Positions 44,136-54,667 of a stretch of 64,000 nucleotides of DNA are shown one piece after another; within the stretch, counting starts at the first letter, position 1, and every line of letters starts with the position of its first letter. The position numbers and the translations under genes are program-made. Source of the DNA: a virus. The notes below the pieces were generated by a model. It was not told where the DNA came from, did no database searches, and saw only the letters and a program-made list of their open reading frames with translations. The DNA lies in the IMG/VR virus record IMGVR_UViG_3300023313_000004, positions 1 through 64,000 of that record, one strand, 5' to 3'.

Positions 44136-46057
44136 TACGTTGCCTCCACGACAAATTGTGCTTTACTTCCTACTACGCCAGAAACTCGATACTTTTGGTA
44201 CTTAGTGGCGTATGTTACCTCTGCTAAGGACTCTGAAGGTGTGCTGGACGTTAATGTGTTGCTTCCAGCGACAAAAGTAACGCCGCCTAACGGAACATTC
44301 AACCAAAGCACCTTGGATAGGGTATAGATAGGCTTGCTTAGGGAGGCACTACCCCTAACAAATTCCACCGTTTCTGTTAGTGTCTCAGAGACCCTACCCT
44401 TGTTTACCATAGTGGTGTTTGCACCAGAGGTGTGACGCACAGAGTAGTTACTTCTTAGTGGGCTCAAAAAGACTTTTAAGTCCCCTACTGAGGGGTCTAG
44501 CTGGTCAGCTTTATATTCTGCACTATCCCCGTATGATGCATCAGAATCAGCTATCCGTATCTTATCGAATTTTTTGGTGATATTAGCTGATTCTGAGGAA
44601 GAAAGGACATCCGTATAGTCACTATATACCCTATCTGGGACATGCTCTGCATATTGTTGTACAGGTATAGGGAATTTCTTTCTGGCATACAGCTTCCCAT
44701 CAGGGGCGCACTCCAGAACCCCCCCAGCGGCGGTCACTATATTTTTTACTATAGATAAAGGGGCTGCGCTAGAGGCACTCAATCTGTTAGGGGGGATAAT
44801 CCAATCCACAATACCCCAAGTAACAGTACCTACCCCCAGTAACTCATCTGCGACACTACTTGCTAATGTGGGGGTGCTCCATACTTTAGTCACAGCCTCG
44901 GCATAGTCACCTGTGTAGAGGATAGTGGGGCTAATACCTGTAACAGTAAACGTCCTCTCGGAGGGGGAGGACTGACCCCTAGATTTAGAGGGGGTAATCA
45001 TAGCGTACACTTCCCCCATTAAGTGCAGGGAAAAAGGCTCCCCTAGCACAAAAAGGGCTAAAGCCCCTTCTGAGACCAAGCCTAAAGTACAGTTCCATGC
45101 AGGGTTGCCCTCCTCCGCTACTACCTCCGCAGATAACAAGGGTATCTTTGCATTGCCTATCATAACGTAGGGGGGGATATTTGTTATAGTGGTAGTAGCC
45201 TCATCTCTTAAGCTCCATCTCCCAGAGATAGACGTAGAGACTTTGTTACCTGTACCAAGGGAGTAAGGTATATCGACTCCTGCCTCCACAGGAAAGGTGA
45301 AGTCACATAATGACTGAAGGCTAGAAGCGGCTACGCTCCGTAGGGTATAGGGCATACTAATATGCGAGCCAAGAGTAAGACTAAGAACATCATATCCTAT
45401 GGCCACATCAGACCCAACCACACTTGCATTACTATATTGAAAAGATACTGACCCCTGCGTAGTGCTCCGTAATGAGTAAAGGCTCTGGGTGTAGGCTGCT
45501 ACAGTCACAGAGTTCCCATACACCCCCGTATTAGAGGAGGCAACCTTACTTCTTAGGGTGTACACCCCTCCTGTAGAAGACAATACGGTAGCAGCGTTGG
45601 AGTAGGTAGATTTTGCTGTGGAGGACACTTTGCTCCTTAAAGTATAACTGCTCCCCACAGAGGCAGATACGGTAGTACTATCGGAGTATGTTGTTAGGGC
45701 GGAGGAGGCAACCTTACTTCTTAGGGTGTACTGGGCGGAGGCACTGGAGGCTACCGTAGCGGCATCACCATAGACCCCCGTAGTACTAGACCCTGTGATA
45801 CCAGTGTAGGTGGATGTTAGGCTACCCTCTACTGGGGTGTATAATAAAAGGTCATATACTCCCAGACCCCCACCACTATACACCTTAGAGGTGGATATAT
45901 AAGGCAAGGCTAAAGAGCTGCCCATAGGAGCACTCCAATTACCCTTAAGTGCAGAGGATACCAGCAGCCCATATTCCGAGGGGAGGGCACTACCTACCCT
46001 AACCACCATGGCTGACCCATTTATATACCCAGCATTTATTGCACTTATATTAGGCAT
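44135..46057 (-). CDS. tail protein with N-terminal YTLRSKV repeats and a hub-like C-terminal region
   Basis: S/T/Y repeats; IV.AAGGVL...PDG.L. Confidence 0.65.
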   Translation of the reverse strand: MPNISAINAGYINGSAMVVRVGSALPSEYGLLVSSALKGNWSAPMGSSLALPYISTSKVYSGGGLGVYDLLLYTPVEGSLTSTYTGITGSSTTGVYGDAATVASSASAQYTLRSKVASSALTTYSDSTTVSASVGSSYTLRSKVSSTAKSTYSNAATVLSSTGGVYTLRSKVASSNTGVYGNSVTVAAYTQSLYSLRSTTQGSVSFQYSNASVVGSDVAIGYDVLSLTLGSHISMPYTLRSVAASSLQSLCDFTFPVEAGVDIPYSLGTGNKVSTSISGRWSLRDEATTTITNIPPYVMIGNAKIPLLSAEVVAEEGNPAWNCTLGLVSEGALALFVLGEPFSLHLMGEVYAMITPSKSRGQSSPSERTFTVTGISPTILYTGDYAEAVTKVWSTPTLASSVADELLGVGTVTWGIVDWIIPPNRLSASSAAPLSIVKNIVTAAGGVLECAPDGKLYARKKFPIPVQQYAEHVPDRVYSDYTDVLSSSESANITKKFDKIRIADSDASYGDSAEYKADQLDPSVGDLKVFLSPLRSNYSVRHTSGANTTMVNKGRVSETLTETVEFVRGSASLSKPIYTLSKVLWLNVPLGGVTFVAGSNTLTSSTPSESLAEVTYATKYQKYRVSGVVGSKAQFVVEAT

Positions 46058-46103
46058 AGAAACCCCTCATCAAAAAAGCCCACTTTACAGGGTCATAATA
46101 CTA

Positions 46104-46913
46104 TTATCTATCGGGGTAGAATAACTCATAGAACCATGAGCCTCTGGCTTTTATATCAGAGCTTATATGCTCCCCTAGTATATCGTCCCAGTCTGTGGGG
46201 GGCGCGGATACAGAACCCTGTACCTCATGCTCTCCGTAGGGGGCATGAATATGGTCATGCTCGAAGGTAGTCCCCACTACCCCCTCATAAGTGTGCCCCT
46301 CAAACCATGGCAGACCGCAGTAATCATACACTCTTTTTAGCTCTCGCTCTGGGTCAGCACCCAAGTCCTCCGCTCTTACCACTAGCATACTAGAAAGAAA
46401 CCCTCTCTGGTGTGCTTCCAATAACATTTCTAACGCATTACCTAGGGGGGAGTCAGAGAGATACCCCTCCACCCTATTTTGCAGGGTAATACCTTTGTTA
46501 TCCTTCCCTAGCGGTGTAAGAAGAGTAGGATTGCCTCTATGTAACTTTTCTAAACTGGCAACACACCCTCTAATATCCCTAATAGGAACTATCACTTTTG
46601 GTTGGGGGTACATTGCTAGCAGAAGGTCAAACTTCCCTAACCAACCCCTACTCTTATCAAAACATTCGCCTTTAGCTGTGTCTGCAAAGTAACCTCGTAC
46701 TACTCCTCTCATAGCACCTAGCATACTCCTATCTAAGGTGTCCTTATCTAGGGCTCTACAGGTAGAGGAGTTACTCCTTGTCCCCACCATACCAGTAAGT
46801 AGCTCCACAAGGGGGCTAGTAGGTGTGGTGTGGAACTCAGGGTTTTGTGCCAATAATGCAGTCAAGATAGTGGAGTTAGACCTAGGGAGTCCTCCTAGGA
46901 AGTGTACCGTCAT
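46104..46913 (-). CDS. sulfotransferase family protein
   Basis: FLGGLPRSNST.L..LL.QNP, FDKSRGW, RDIR..VAS.E, VR.EDL...P. Confidence 0.85.
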   Translation of the reverse strand: MTVHFLGGLPRSNSTILTALLAQNPEFHTTPTSPLVELLTGMVGTRSNSSTCRALDKDTLDRSMLGAMRGVVRGYFADTAKGECFDKSRGWLGKFDLLLAMYPQPKVIVPIRDIRGCVASLEKLHRGNPTLLTPLGKDNKGITLQNRVEGYLSDSPLGNALEMLLEAHQRGFLSSMLVVRAEDLGADPERELKRVYDYCGLPWFEGHTYEGVVGTTFEHDHIHAPYGEHEVQGSVSAPPTDWDDILGEHISSDIKARGSWFYELFYPDR

Positions 46914-47230
46914 ATATCCACTGCCCCAACGTAATCCCCTTGTTTAAGTATCCCATAGCATTTTTTTAAAATATCCGAGGTGAGGACACCCGTAGTTGGG
47001 GGGTTAAGGGATACAGGGGTTGCAACCTCATCTAGGTGGGAAAAAGGGACTATCTTCCTCTCTTTAGACAAAGGAGTAGGGATATATTCTACTGCAGGGG
47101 AGGTACTCCCAGAGGGGATACTGTGGGTAAACACCCTAAAGCCCACTTTCTTCTCATCGTTATTAACCCTCACCACTGCTATGCGTACTACAGTTTCCAC
47201 CCCATTAGTATCTGTAACTAATAATGCCAT
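46910..47230 (-). CDS. putative tail fibre assembly/accessory protein
   Basis: follows the fibre gene; C-terminal Y..LK...Y.GA.D. Confidence 0.5.
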   Translation of the reverse strand: MALLVTDTNGVETVVRIAVVRVNNDEKKVGFRVFTHSIPSGSTSPAVEYIPTPLSKERKIVPFSHLDEVATPVSLNPPTTGVLTSDILKKCYGILKQGDYVGAVDI

Positions 47231-50200
47231 TACCCATCTCCTATCAATATACCTTTAAAGTATGCTCGTACAAATCCTGTTCCAGCTATAGTCACTTCTG
47301 TATCTAAGACAGCTAAACCACTGCTGACTAAGGGGGTGTAACTAACCTTACCCCCATCAGCCATAATACCTGTAGCTACAGGTGCGACAATACTACCCAC
47401 CGAGCCCCACTGCAAGGTGGCGGAAGTAGTAGCCCCATTATTAGCTATGACACCACACTCCGACAGGTAAAATCTAGTCCCTACGGGTAGGGCTATGGAG
47501 GTGATACCAATCAATGAAAGGTCTATATAGTCTGTTAGCAGTACCACCTCTGCTGTATTTCCCCCCACATGCGTAGCAGGGACTGCAGCTAAAGGGAGGG
47601 TATTCCCCACGGAAGGGGCAATTAGAGGCTTAGAAAGTACGCTAGTATAAGGGATGCTATTAACCGCACCAGACCCTAACGCCATAGCATCTACAGCACT
47701 TACAGAAGTATTTGCACCTAGGGCAGTAGCATTAACGGCACTTGCTGAAGCATACGACCCTAACGCCATAGCATCTACCCCTGAGGAGGCAGTACTTCTG
47801 CCCATGCCTATAGCCCTCGTACCCCCCACAATAGATAGGTGTCCGATGGCTGTGGCATCTAGCCCTGAGGTGGAGGCTCTATTCCCTACTGTTACTGTAC
47901 TCTCTGCAGTAGAGGTAGCATAGTTTCCTAATGACAGCCCCAGATGTGCGCCAGAAGTAGTACTAGTCCCTATGCATATAGAGTTAGCCCCCGCGTAACC
48001 AGTGCCCCCTGCGGAGGTACCTATAGCGATAGCACTACTACCGTGACGAATGGGGGTAAGAAGGGTGCCTATAGCTATACCTGAGTAGGAGGTGCAGTAA
48101 GTATCGTACCCTATACCCACCCCATACTCCTTACTCGTCCCTGCTCCATACCCTACCGCAGTGCCTTGGTAGTAAGCATATGCCCCCCTACCTATAGCAG
48201 TGCCGTACTCCTCCGCCCCTGCAAAGGCACCTACTACCGTGGTATCGCCACCCTTAGTATAGGATTCATACCCTAAGGCCACCACATGGCGGGAGCTGGA
48301 GGTAGATACCTTGGTTAATAACCCTAATGAGCCAGTGCCTAGGGCTAGATTGGAGATACCTCCAAAGGAGGAGGCTGTAGACCTAATACCAAAGTTGCTT
48401 TTAAAAGGCCATTCCTTAGCTGTTGTGCCCTCTAATGCCCTCTCTATTAGGGCAGTACCAAGATTAGACCATAGCACTTTCACTATCTCAAAGGAGTCCT
48501 CATTGGGGGTAGACAATGTAGCAATATAATAGTCTAGGGTAGACACAGGGATAGAGGTTCCCCACCCCTGCACCCCAGTCATACCTAAATACCCCGTATA
48601 AAAATTATTTGAGGGCATATACCTTGCCATATATGTAAATTGTGCGCCTAAGTATTTGTGGGTTATCCCATCTGGGGTTACAGAGGCTCCTACTACAACC
48701 CCCCCAGAGGAATACTGCATAAAGCAATAAATACTATCTCTTCCGGGGTAAATGGCAGTAATATCCCCTAATGCGTTCCCTGATGATAATGCCCAAGAAA
48801 TACCACTATCAAAAGACCTTAGTAGTTTAGCTCCTGCTGCACCAGCGTACCCTATGCCTCTATGGAACCCTACAGAGTGCATATCCGATGCCCATCCTAC
48901 GGGAGTACCAGCTTCCGTCCAAGTAATGAAGTCATCTGTGTAAAGGACTACGCCCCCTGCGCCAACACCCACCCATCTTGAAGTATTATCAACATTTCTT
49001 AGGTCTGAGAACCCCCCTAGAGGTATGCCGGGAACTATATGTTGCACCCAAGTATCTACTTCCTTAACCCACACTGAAGAAACATCATCCCAAGCTACGG
49101 TAGTACCAGAGTCTAGTGTTTGCACCCCTATAAGGTTCTCTGTCGTAAACTTTTTCATCGTCCTTTCTTGGGAAGCTAACCATATCCCTGCTGGGCCTAC
49201 CACTATACCAGCACTACCTTGTTTTAATCCTGTAGGGGGGCCGTATATATCTACCCATGTAGCCCCAGTATCAGTAGTCTTAATAACGGAGCCACCCTCA
49301 CAATCTAGGTATGTTGTCGTGCCGTCCGATACTAACGCACCCATCGCCACAGTATTTCCTGCCCTTACTATGGGCATAGCAGTAGCTGCTGTAAATGTAA
49401 CGACATTATCCACACTGTAGTATATAGACCTAACCAGTCCATCCACACTACCCAAAAGGAATACGTTTCCTGCAGCACTACGCACACCATAAAAGTTGGT
49501 TAGTGTGGGTGCGAACGTCTGGGTCGTCCAAGTAATACCATCTGGGCTAGTCACTACTACGGGGGCTGTACCTGCCGCACCATGCCCTGCCACCACAAAG
49601 ACAAACCCATTATGGGTGATGCTGAGGTCAGTCATAGTATCAATAGCAGTGCCTGTAGTCAGGGTTGTAAAAATCGCCCCCCCTGTGACAGTGCTCTGCA
49701 ACCCTGCTATGGAGGAGGTGATTATACCAATAGTACCATCCGTCTTGAAGTCAGTGGGCGTACCTATAGGGTTGCCTGTGGCATTTTGGTAGATTATACC
49801 ATCACTACTATACATGCAGGTATTATTGTTTGTAATCAGGTAGACCCCATTACTATAGTGCAGGCGAGACCCTACAGAAATAACGGTAGGGGTTGGGTTA
49901 TTAGGGGCGTGGGTAGCCCAAGACCCCTCAAGTCCTGTTAGGCTAGAGGTCACTAGGGGGTCGCCCACTATCCCAGCGTCCAGTACCCCCATATATTTAG
50001 ACCCATCAAAAACAACAGAGTGGGGGGCATGGCGCAAGGGTAAAGAATACCAGTAGTCAAGAGTGGATTCAAGAATTTGGGGTGGTTGTATTGTACCAGA
50101 ACCAGAAAATAATACATTGCCTGTGGAGGATACACCCCCTCCTACTAGGGAAGGAGTGTGGGCATCTATAGGGTAATAAATTGACCCCTCATAAATGGTG

Positions 50201-50430
50201 TCATCCGCCCTAATGGTTCTTAGTCCCCCCCTTGCAATGCCTTCATCCCAAGCATCTATAACTGCGGAAGTCCCATAAGAAGCGATATATGTGGGCACGA
50301 AGTTAGGTATGTAATTTAGGGTAGGGAAGTTAGCACTATCAGATAGCCCCATAGACACTACAGACCCTGTAGCGGAAAGGTGTGCTGTGGTAGTACCTGC
50401 AGCATTATTAGCGTAAATTCTGTTTCCCAT
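47230..50430 (-). CDS. tail fibre/receptor-binding protein (BNR-like S.DG..W repeats plus YadA-head-like A.A.G repeats)
   Basis: SPDGITW, SFDSGISW, TTDTGATW; a run of (A/S).AIG motifs; EIVKV...IERALEGTTA. Confidence 0.8.
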   Translation of the reverse strand: MGNRIYANNAAGTTTAHLSATGSVVSMGLSDSANFPTLNYIPNFVPTYIASYGTSAVIDAWDEGIARGGLRTIRADDTIYEGSIYYPIDAHTPSLVGGGVSSTGNVLFSGSGTIQPPQILESTLDYWYSLPLRHAPHSVVFDGSKYMGVLDAGIVGDPLVTSSLTGLEGSWATHAPNNPTPTVISVGSRLHYSNGVYLITNNNTCMYSSDGIIYQNATGNPIGTPTDFKTDGTIGIITSSIAGLQSTVTGGAIFTTLTTGTAIDTMTDLSITHNGFVFVVAGHGAAGTAPVVVTSPDGITWTTQTFAPTLTNFYGVRSAAGNVFLLGSVDGLVRSIYYSVDNVVTFTAATAMPIVRAGNTVAMGALVSDGTTTYLDCEGGSVIKTTDTGATWVDIYGPPTGLKQGSAGIVVGPAGIWLASQERTMKKFTTENLIGVQTLDSGTTVAWDDVSSVWVKEVDTWVQHIVPGIPLGGFSDLRNVDNTSRWVGVGAGGVVLYTDDFITWTEAGTPVGWASDMHSVGFHRGIGYAGAAGAKLLRSFDSGISWALSSGNALGDITAIYPGRDSIYCFMQYSSGGVVVGASVTPDGITHKYLGAQFTYMARYMPSNNFYTGYLGMTGVQGWGTSIPVSTLDYYIATLSTPNEDSFEIVKVLWSNLGTALIERALEGTTAKEWPFKSNFGIRSTASSFGGISNLALGTGSLGLLTKVSTSSSRHVVALGYESYTKGGDTTVVGAFAGAEEYGTAIGRGAYAYYQGTAVGYGAGTSKEYGVGIGYDTYCTSYSGIAIGTLLTPIRHGSSAIAIGTSAGGTGYAGANSICIGTSTTSGAHLGLSLGNYATSTAESTVTVGNRASTSGLDATAIGHLSIVGGTRAIGMGRSTASSGVDAMALGSYASASAVNATALGANTSVSAVDAMALGSGAVNSIPYTSVLSKPLIAPSVGNTLPLAAVPATHVGGNTAEVVLLTDYIDLSLIGITSIALPVGTRFYLSECGVIANNGATTSATLQWGSVGSIVAPVATGIMADGGKVSYTPLVSSGLAVLDTEVTIAGTGFVRAYFKGILIGDG

Positions 50431-50498
50431 AGTAGTACTCTCCTAAAAAAAGGAACTGTAACGGCTCTTACGCCCTAGGTCACTAATGTATCCTTCTG

Positions 50499-51749
50499 TT
50501 ATATATCGAAGAGTATAGACCTGCCATTACCTAAGATGCTACCCCTATCCAATAGAGCCCCTATACTGGATGTACCTGTGTACCTATACCGTTTTATACC
50601 AGCTAGGTCTAATTCATACCGCACAGGGTTAGCAGCATCCGTGAACGTAATATCTAACCCGTTAATAACGAGACCCTCTGACTCAATAGTGATAGTTGGG
50701 GTATCAGGCCTACCATAATACCTAGTATTTAGGGATACAGCCTTGCATAGCTGGAAGTACTTATTGCCATCTATCCATACTCCCGGCGTGTACACCACGG
50801 CACCCCCCATCCAAGAGACGACAACAGCCCTAGCCTCCACCGTTCCTAGGTAGGGAGGGGAGAGCACCCCCCTTATATATTCTGGTATCCCTGCTGCAGA
50901 GACACCAAAGTAGGCTCTACTATCCACATCAACAGTATCTATGAGAGGAGAAGTGGTACTCCTTTCCTCTGCGGCAATTACAGTAGCATAGCTTTTAAAA
51001 TCAGTTCTTATTTTCTGGTATATGCGTGTTGTACCTGCATCAACGGTACCATTCCTTATCTCCCAAGAGGTGGTTACACCTTCTGTAACTCTCTCAAATA
51101 CTCCACCGATATACCCTGTATTCTCCCCCCAATTAAAGGTTTTCCAATCCCCATACACCCCCCCAGCTATAGGGATAGAGCGTTGGTACTGTAGTACCTC
51201 CCCTGTTTGGGGAAAAGCATCGGGCACTAGATTAAAGGCATGAAGGATAGCACCCTCTGAGGCTGTACCATAGGCACCAACTGCTATCAATCCTACCCCT
51301 CCCCCTCCTGCCATGGGATGCACTACCACATCATACTTATCCATATACAGAGCGTTATTAACAGTACCTCCCGGAGGGGGTATGGTTACATTAGGTCCCA
51401 CAGGCCCTACAGTTAAGTCTATTGTTACCCTGCCAAACCTATAGCTAGAAGGGTTTAATATATCTATCTCCTCATAGGAGATGTCTAGCCCATCGGGCTG
51501 CTGATTCCCCGTAGATTGACTATCCCACACCCTCGTTGTAGCGTAAGTAGTAGGCCCTATTTTCACCATCCTATCCACACTCCCCCCGAAGAAATAAGTG
51601 TAGTAATTAGCTAGGGGGTAGGGGCTGGTCAGATATAGCTGCCTAGTATCATCAGGAATGGCGGGGGTACCACCACCTCCACCACCAGAAGCAGGGGGGA
51701 TATACTTTATAGGGCTAGAGAAAGGGTTAATACAATTATTTGACAGCAT
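50499..51749 (-). CDS. putative tail protein
   Basis: 416 aa with Gly/Pro linkers, tail module. Confidence 0.55.
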   Translation of the reverse strand: MLSNNCINPFSSPIKYIPPASGGGGGGTPAIPDDTRQLYLTSPYPLANYYTYFFGGSVDRMVKIGPTTYATTRVWDSQSTGNQQPDGLDISYEEIDILNPSSYRFGRVTIDLTVGPVGPNVTIPPPGGTVNNALYMDKYDVVVHPMAGGGGVGLIAVGAYGTASEGAILHAFNLVPDAFPQTGEVLQYQRSIPIAGGVYGDWKTFNWGENTGYIGGVFERVTEGVTTSWEIRNGTVDAGTTRIYQKIRTDFKSYATVIAAEERSTTSPLIDTVDVDSRAYFGVSAAGIPEYIRGVLSPPYLGTVEARAVVVSWMGGAVVYTPGVWIDGNKYFQLCKAVSLNTRYYGRPDTPTITIESEGLVINGLDITFTDAANPVRYELDLAGIKRYRYTGTSSIGALLDRGSILGNGRSILFDI

Positions 51750-52014
51750 AACTCTGCCTAAGCTCTGCCTTCGCCATTAAGGCTGAGGAAGTAATAGTGG
51801 TAGTAAGTACGGCTGCAACAGGTAAATCTCTAAACGTCAGCTCTAGGGTGTGCCCTGCACCATCTACCATAGTAACGGACTTCACTACCTCTACAGCTAT
51901 TGCGGAGGAGTCTTGGGGGTATGTTGCAGACACCCCACCAGAGTAAACCCAGACTGTCCCAGACACCCTTTTTCCCTCAGAGTAGTTACGGATAGGACTA
52001 TTATTCTCTGCCAT
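51736..52014 (-). CDS. putative tail protein
   Basis: AGGAGA RBS, 92 aa. Confidence 0.5.
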   Translation of the reverse strand: MAENNSPIRNYSEGKRVSGTVWVYSGGVSATYPQDSSAIAVEVVKSVTMVDGAGHTLELTFRDLPVAAVLTTTITSSALMAKAELRQSYAVK

Positions 52015-52024
52015 GGTTTATCTC

Positions 52025-53266
52025 CTAGGAGGATGGGTTATTATCAGGAGCACTAATAGTATAGTTACCTGTAGCTCCTGTAATACTAGAGGAGAATATC
52101 ACAGTCTCAGAGGATATACTAGAGGATGCAGGTAATGGGAGCGTGTACACCCAAGATTGTACTGTGTACTGGTAGGAAACCCTTAACTGCCCCGTCATAG
52201 GTAGGGCTACCCCGTCATAGAGCAGGGCTATCTCGTTAAGCTTTAGGGTTGTTGCACTGGTTATGATATACCTTTTTGTCGCACCCTCTGCCTCTGAGGG
52301 AGGCAACCAAGACCCTATTTGTATTACGTCCCCACCCACGGCTATAACAGGGGACATCTGCCCTCCATTCATATTGGTCATAGACCCTGCATATACCGTT
52401 TTAGGTAAGCCTAGAGCAGTATCATTAGGGGTATTAGATAAAGTGAACCTAGAAGTATTCTCAGCAACAAAAGACTCATCTAACTCCCTATCCGTCTGGC
52501 CTAAATACTTAACTACTGCTAGGGTGTTAGATGCTTTGGCAGACACTAAGGAGGAAGCCACAACATCTATATAAGACACTAGGCTCATAGTGCTACTAGC
52601 GGTATCATGGACAAATCGAGAGGGGGTTATAACCCCTGCCCCAGACCCTGTTCCTTTAGTGGTGGCTAGAGGAGGCAGTCCACCATAGGACTCTAAGGGC
52701 TCAAACGCTGGGGAAGTGTATATGGCAGTCAGCCCAGAGGAGGACTCCACAGCTACTATAGAGGCAGATTCAAAGGGTGCTTTCCCTACAGGCCCACCCC
52801 TATGGGCTATGGAGACTAGGGCGTAAGTGTAATCATAATCTAGCCTCATCACTAAGGCATACTCTGCATCAAGAATAATCGTATTAGAGGGTGCGTCATA
52901 AGTCATGCTGATACTGCGGAAAGGCACTGTCGCGCCTTGCCTGTTAAGTGCAGTACCTACCCCCTGCATAGAGACAAGACCCCCCTTAGGTATATGGGGT
53001 ACAGCCACGGAATTAGAGAACTCCACTACTACCTCCGTGGAGGCATGGGCAACATTACCCGTGCTGTCTATGGAGGTGGAGGCGGCAGTTAGTAACTTTA
53101 TGGTAGGGGTAGGTAGGTTGCCTGACACCAACCTCACATACTTATACCCCAACTGGGGGTGGGATGCTTTATGCGCCTCAAAAGAGACACCCGTAGTCTT
53201 CCCTCCTACCCCCTCTGCTTTTAAGGGGGCAAAGGAGGTCGCTAAGGAAGCATTAACCTCTGCCAT
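52025..53266 (-). CDS. putative tail protein
   Basis: 413 aa, beta-rich. Confidence 0.55.
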   Translation of the reverse strand: MAEVNASLATSFAPLKAEGVGGKTTGVSFEAHKASHPQLGYKYVRLVSGNLPTPTIKLLTAASTSIDSTGNVAHASTEVVVEFSNSVAVPHIPKGGLVSMQGVGTALNRQGATVPFRSISMTYDAPSNTIILDAEYALVMRLDYDYTYALVSIAHRGGPVGKAPFESASIVAVESSSGLTAIYTSPAFEPLESYGGLPPLATTKGTGSGAGVITPSRFVHDTASSTMSLVSYIDVVASSLVSAKASNTLAVVKYLGQTDRELDESFVAENTSRFTLSNTPNDTALGLPKTVYAGSMTNMNGGQMSPVIAVGGDVIQIGSWLPPSEAEGATKRYIITSATTLKLNEIALLYDGVALPMTGQLRVSYQYTVQSWVYTLPLPASSSISSETVIFSSSITGATGNYTISAPDNNPSS

Positions 53267-53269
53267 TAG

Positions 53270-54271
53270 TTAGGCACTCTCTCCTTCTACGGCAATAACC
53301 ATGCTATTACCTGCTAATGACCCTGCCAAAGGAGGTACAACCCTTTTTAACCATACAGGTTGTGCCGCAGGGGTAGAAGTGAAAGTGATAGTATCACCTG
53401 AGGTAAACACTCCTGTAAAGCCGTTGGATACCATACTGAAATACGGAAGCCCATAGTCTGGGTTATTGATACTTACGCCTGAGGTGGTATTACCCCCTCC
53501 TATAACACCCAATGTAGCACCTACCACATCAAAGGCAGTAGATGAAGTGAAGGTGAGTGTCCAATCTTCGTGAACCGCAGCCATATTCTCAGTTGTAATA
53601 GGGTTTAGTAGCGCATCATAAGCACCTGTTCCCACAGCATTTACAGTCAACGTACCTACAGAGGATGCTACATCCCCTACCGCCATCATAGAGGAGACTT
53701 TACTATTTGATGCTAAATAAGAACCTGTAATCGTGCTAACTAGAGTAAGCGTTGCAACATTACCTGTAATCGCCACACCCCCTACCGCAATAATACCATA
53801 TTCCGTCTGGCCAGTAGTCACTAAATCAGGCTGGTTGGAGATACGGACTCTATCCCCATCCCTAAAGATGGTGACAGTACCATCTTCAAGGAGTACAGAG
53901 ATAGTCGTGTCTAACGCTGTAATATCCGCATTAAGCTTTGCCGCACCGTAGAGGGGCTCAGACCCTGTTATGTCAAACTGAGTATCTATCTGGGTACCTG
54001 CAAAAGCAGTAACGCTATCATCCCCTGCAGTAAGAGCCTCTAGGAATACATAAGCACTAATCAAATCTAGGTTTGCGGAGTTATCTACCTTCATAAATAT
54101 TTTACGATAGTTAGTTACCCCTGCTGTACGGTCAGCCAAAGACACATCAGGGAATATATTGTTTTTTACCCCTGTGCTAATAGGGGAGACAGATAGCACC
54201 CCACCGTTAGTTGCGGTGTCGTTCATATTTTTTGACCTGTACCATACTAATTCACTTGTTGTAATTGCCAT
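53270..54271 (-). CDS. tail protein
   Basis: NGG......GVKNNIFPDV..A.R.AG...YRK.F; VWLKR.VP. Confidence 0.7.
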   Translation of the reverse strand: MAITTSELVWYRSKNMNDTATNGGVLSVSPISTGVKNNIFPDVSLADRTAGVTNYRKIFMKVDNSANLDLISAYVFLEALTAGDDSVTAFAGTQIDTQFDITGSEPLYGAAKLNADITALDTTISVLLEDGTVTIFRDGDRVRISNQPDLVTTGQTEYGIIAVGGVAITGNVATLTLVSTITGSYLASNSKVSSMMAVGDVASSVGTLTVNAVGTGAYDALLNPITTENMAAVHEDWTLTFTSSTAFDVVGATLGVIGGGNTTSGVSINNPDYGLPYFSMVSNGFTGVFTSGDTITFTSTPAAQPVWLKRVVPPLAGSLAGNSMVIAVEGESA

Positions 54272-54283
54272 GACCTGCTCCTG

Positions 54284-54667
54284 TTATACCGTTATAAGTT
54301 TTATGCTACCTGTGTAGTAATCTGTGCTTAAATATACTTGCTTGCTTAATATAGGGGATGCCACTACAGCAGACCCCTCACTATGAAAGAACATCACGGT
54401 ATGAGTGCTCCCATGTATATCTAGGGGGTAGGTGCTTCCTGCTACAGAAGCCAAGGTTATTAACTCGTCTACTTGCGCTTTTGTTAGCCACCCTTGGTCA
54501 GAGACTGCATCGAGGGTTATTCGCCGCCCTTTGGTAGTAGCACTACTGGTTATAACGGCTGCACCCCCCAAGGTACGCGCCGTACTTTGTACTACAGGCT
54601 GGTAATTAAGTGCATCAGACCAAATCATATGAGGGGACAAACTTAAACCGCCTAAAGTAATAGCCAC
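54284..54667 (-). CDS. distal tail-like protein
   Basis: immediately after the tape measure; W.D.....V.Q...RTL.G....GR.ITL. Confidence 0.65.
   Translation of the reverse strand: MAITLGGLSLSPHMIWSDALNYQPVVQSTARTLGGAAVITSSATTKGRRITLDAVSDQGWLTKAQVDELITLASVAGSTYPLDIHGSTHTVMFFHSEGSAVVASPILSKQVYLSTDYYTGSIKLITV

Noticed and set aside
45534-45731. Diversity-generating retroelement TR/VR pair (30-bp duplicate at 45534 and 45702)
   Set aside because: Both copies are in-frame repeats of one tail protein, with no adenine-specific differences and no reverse transcriptase in the window.
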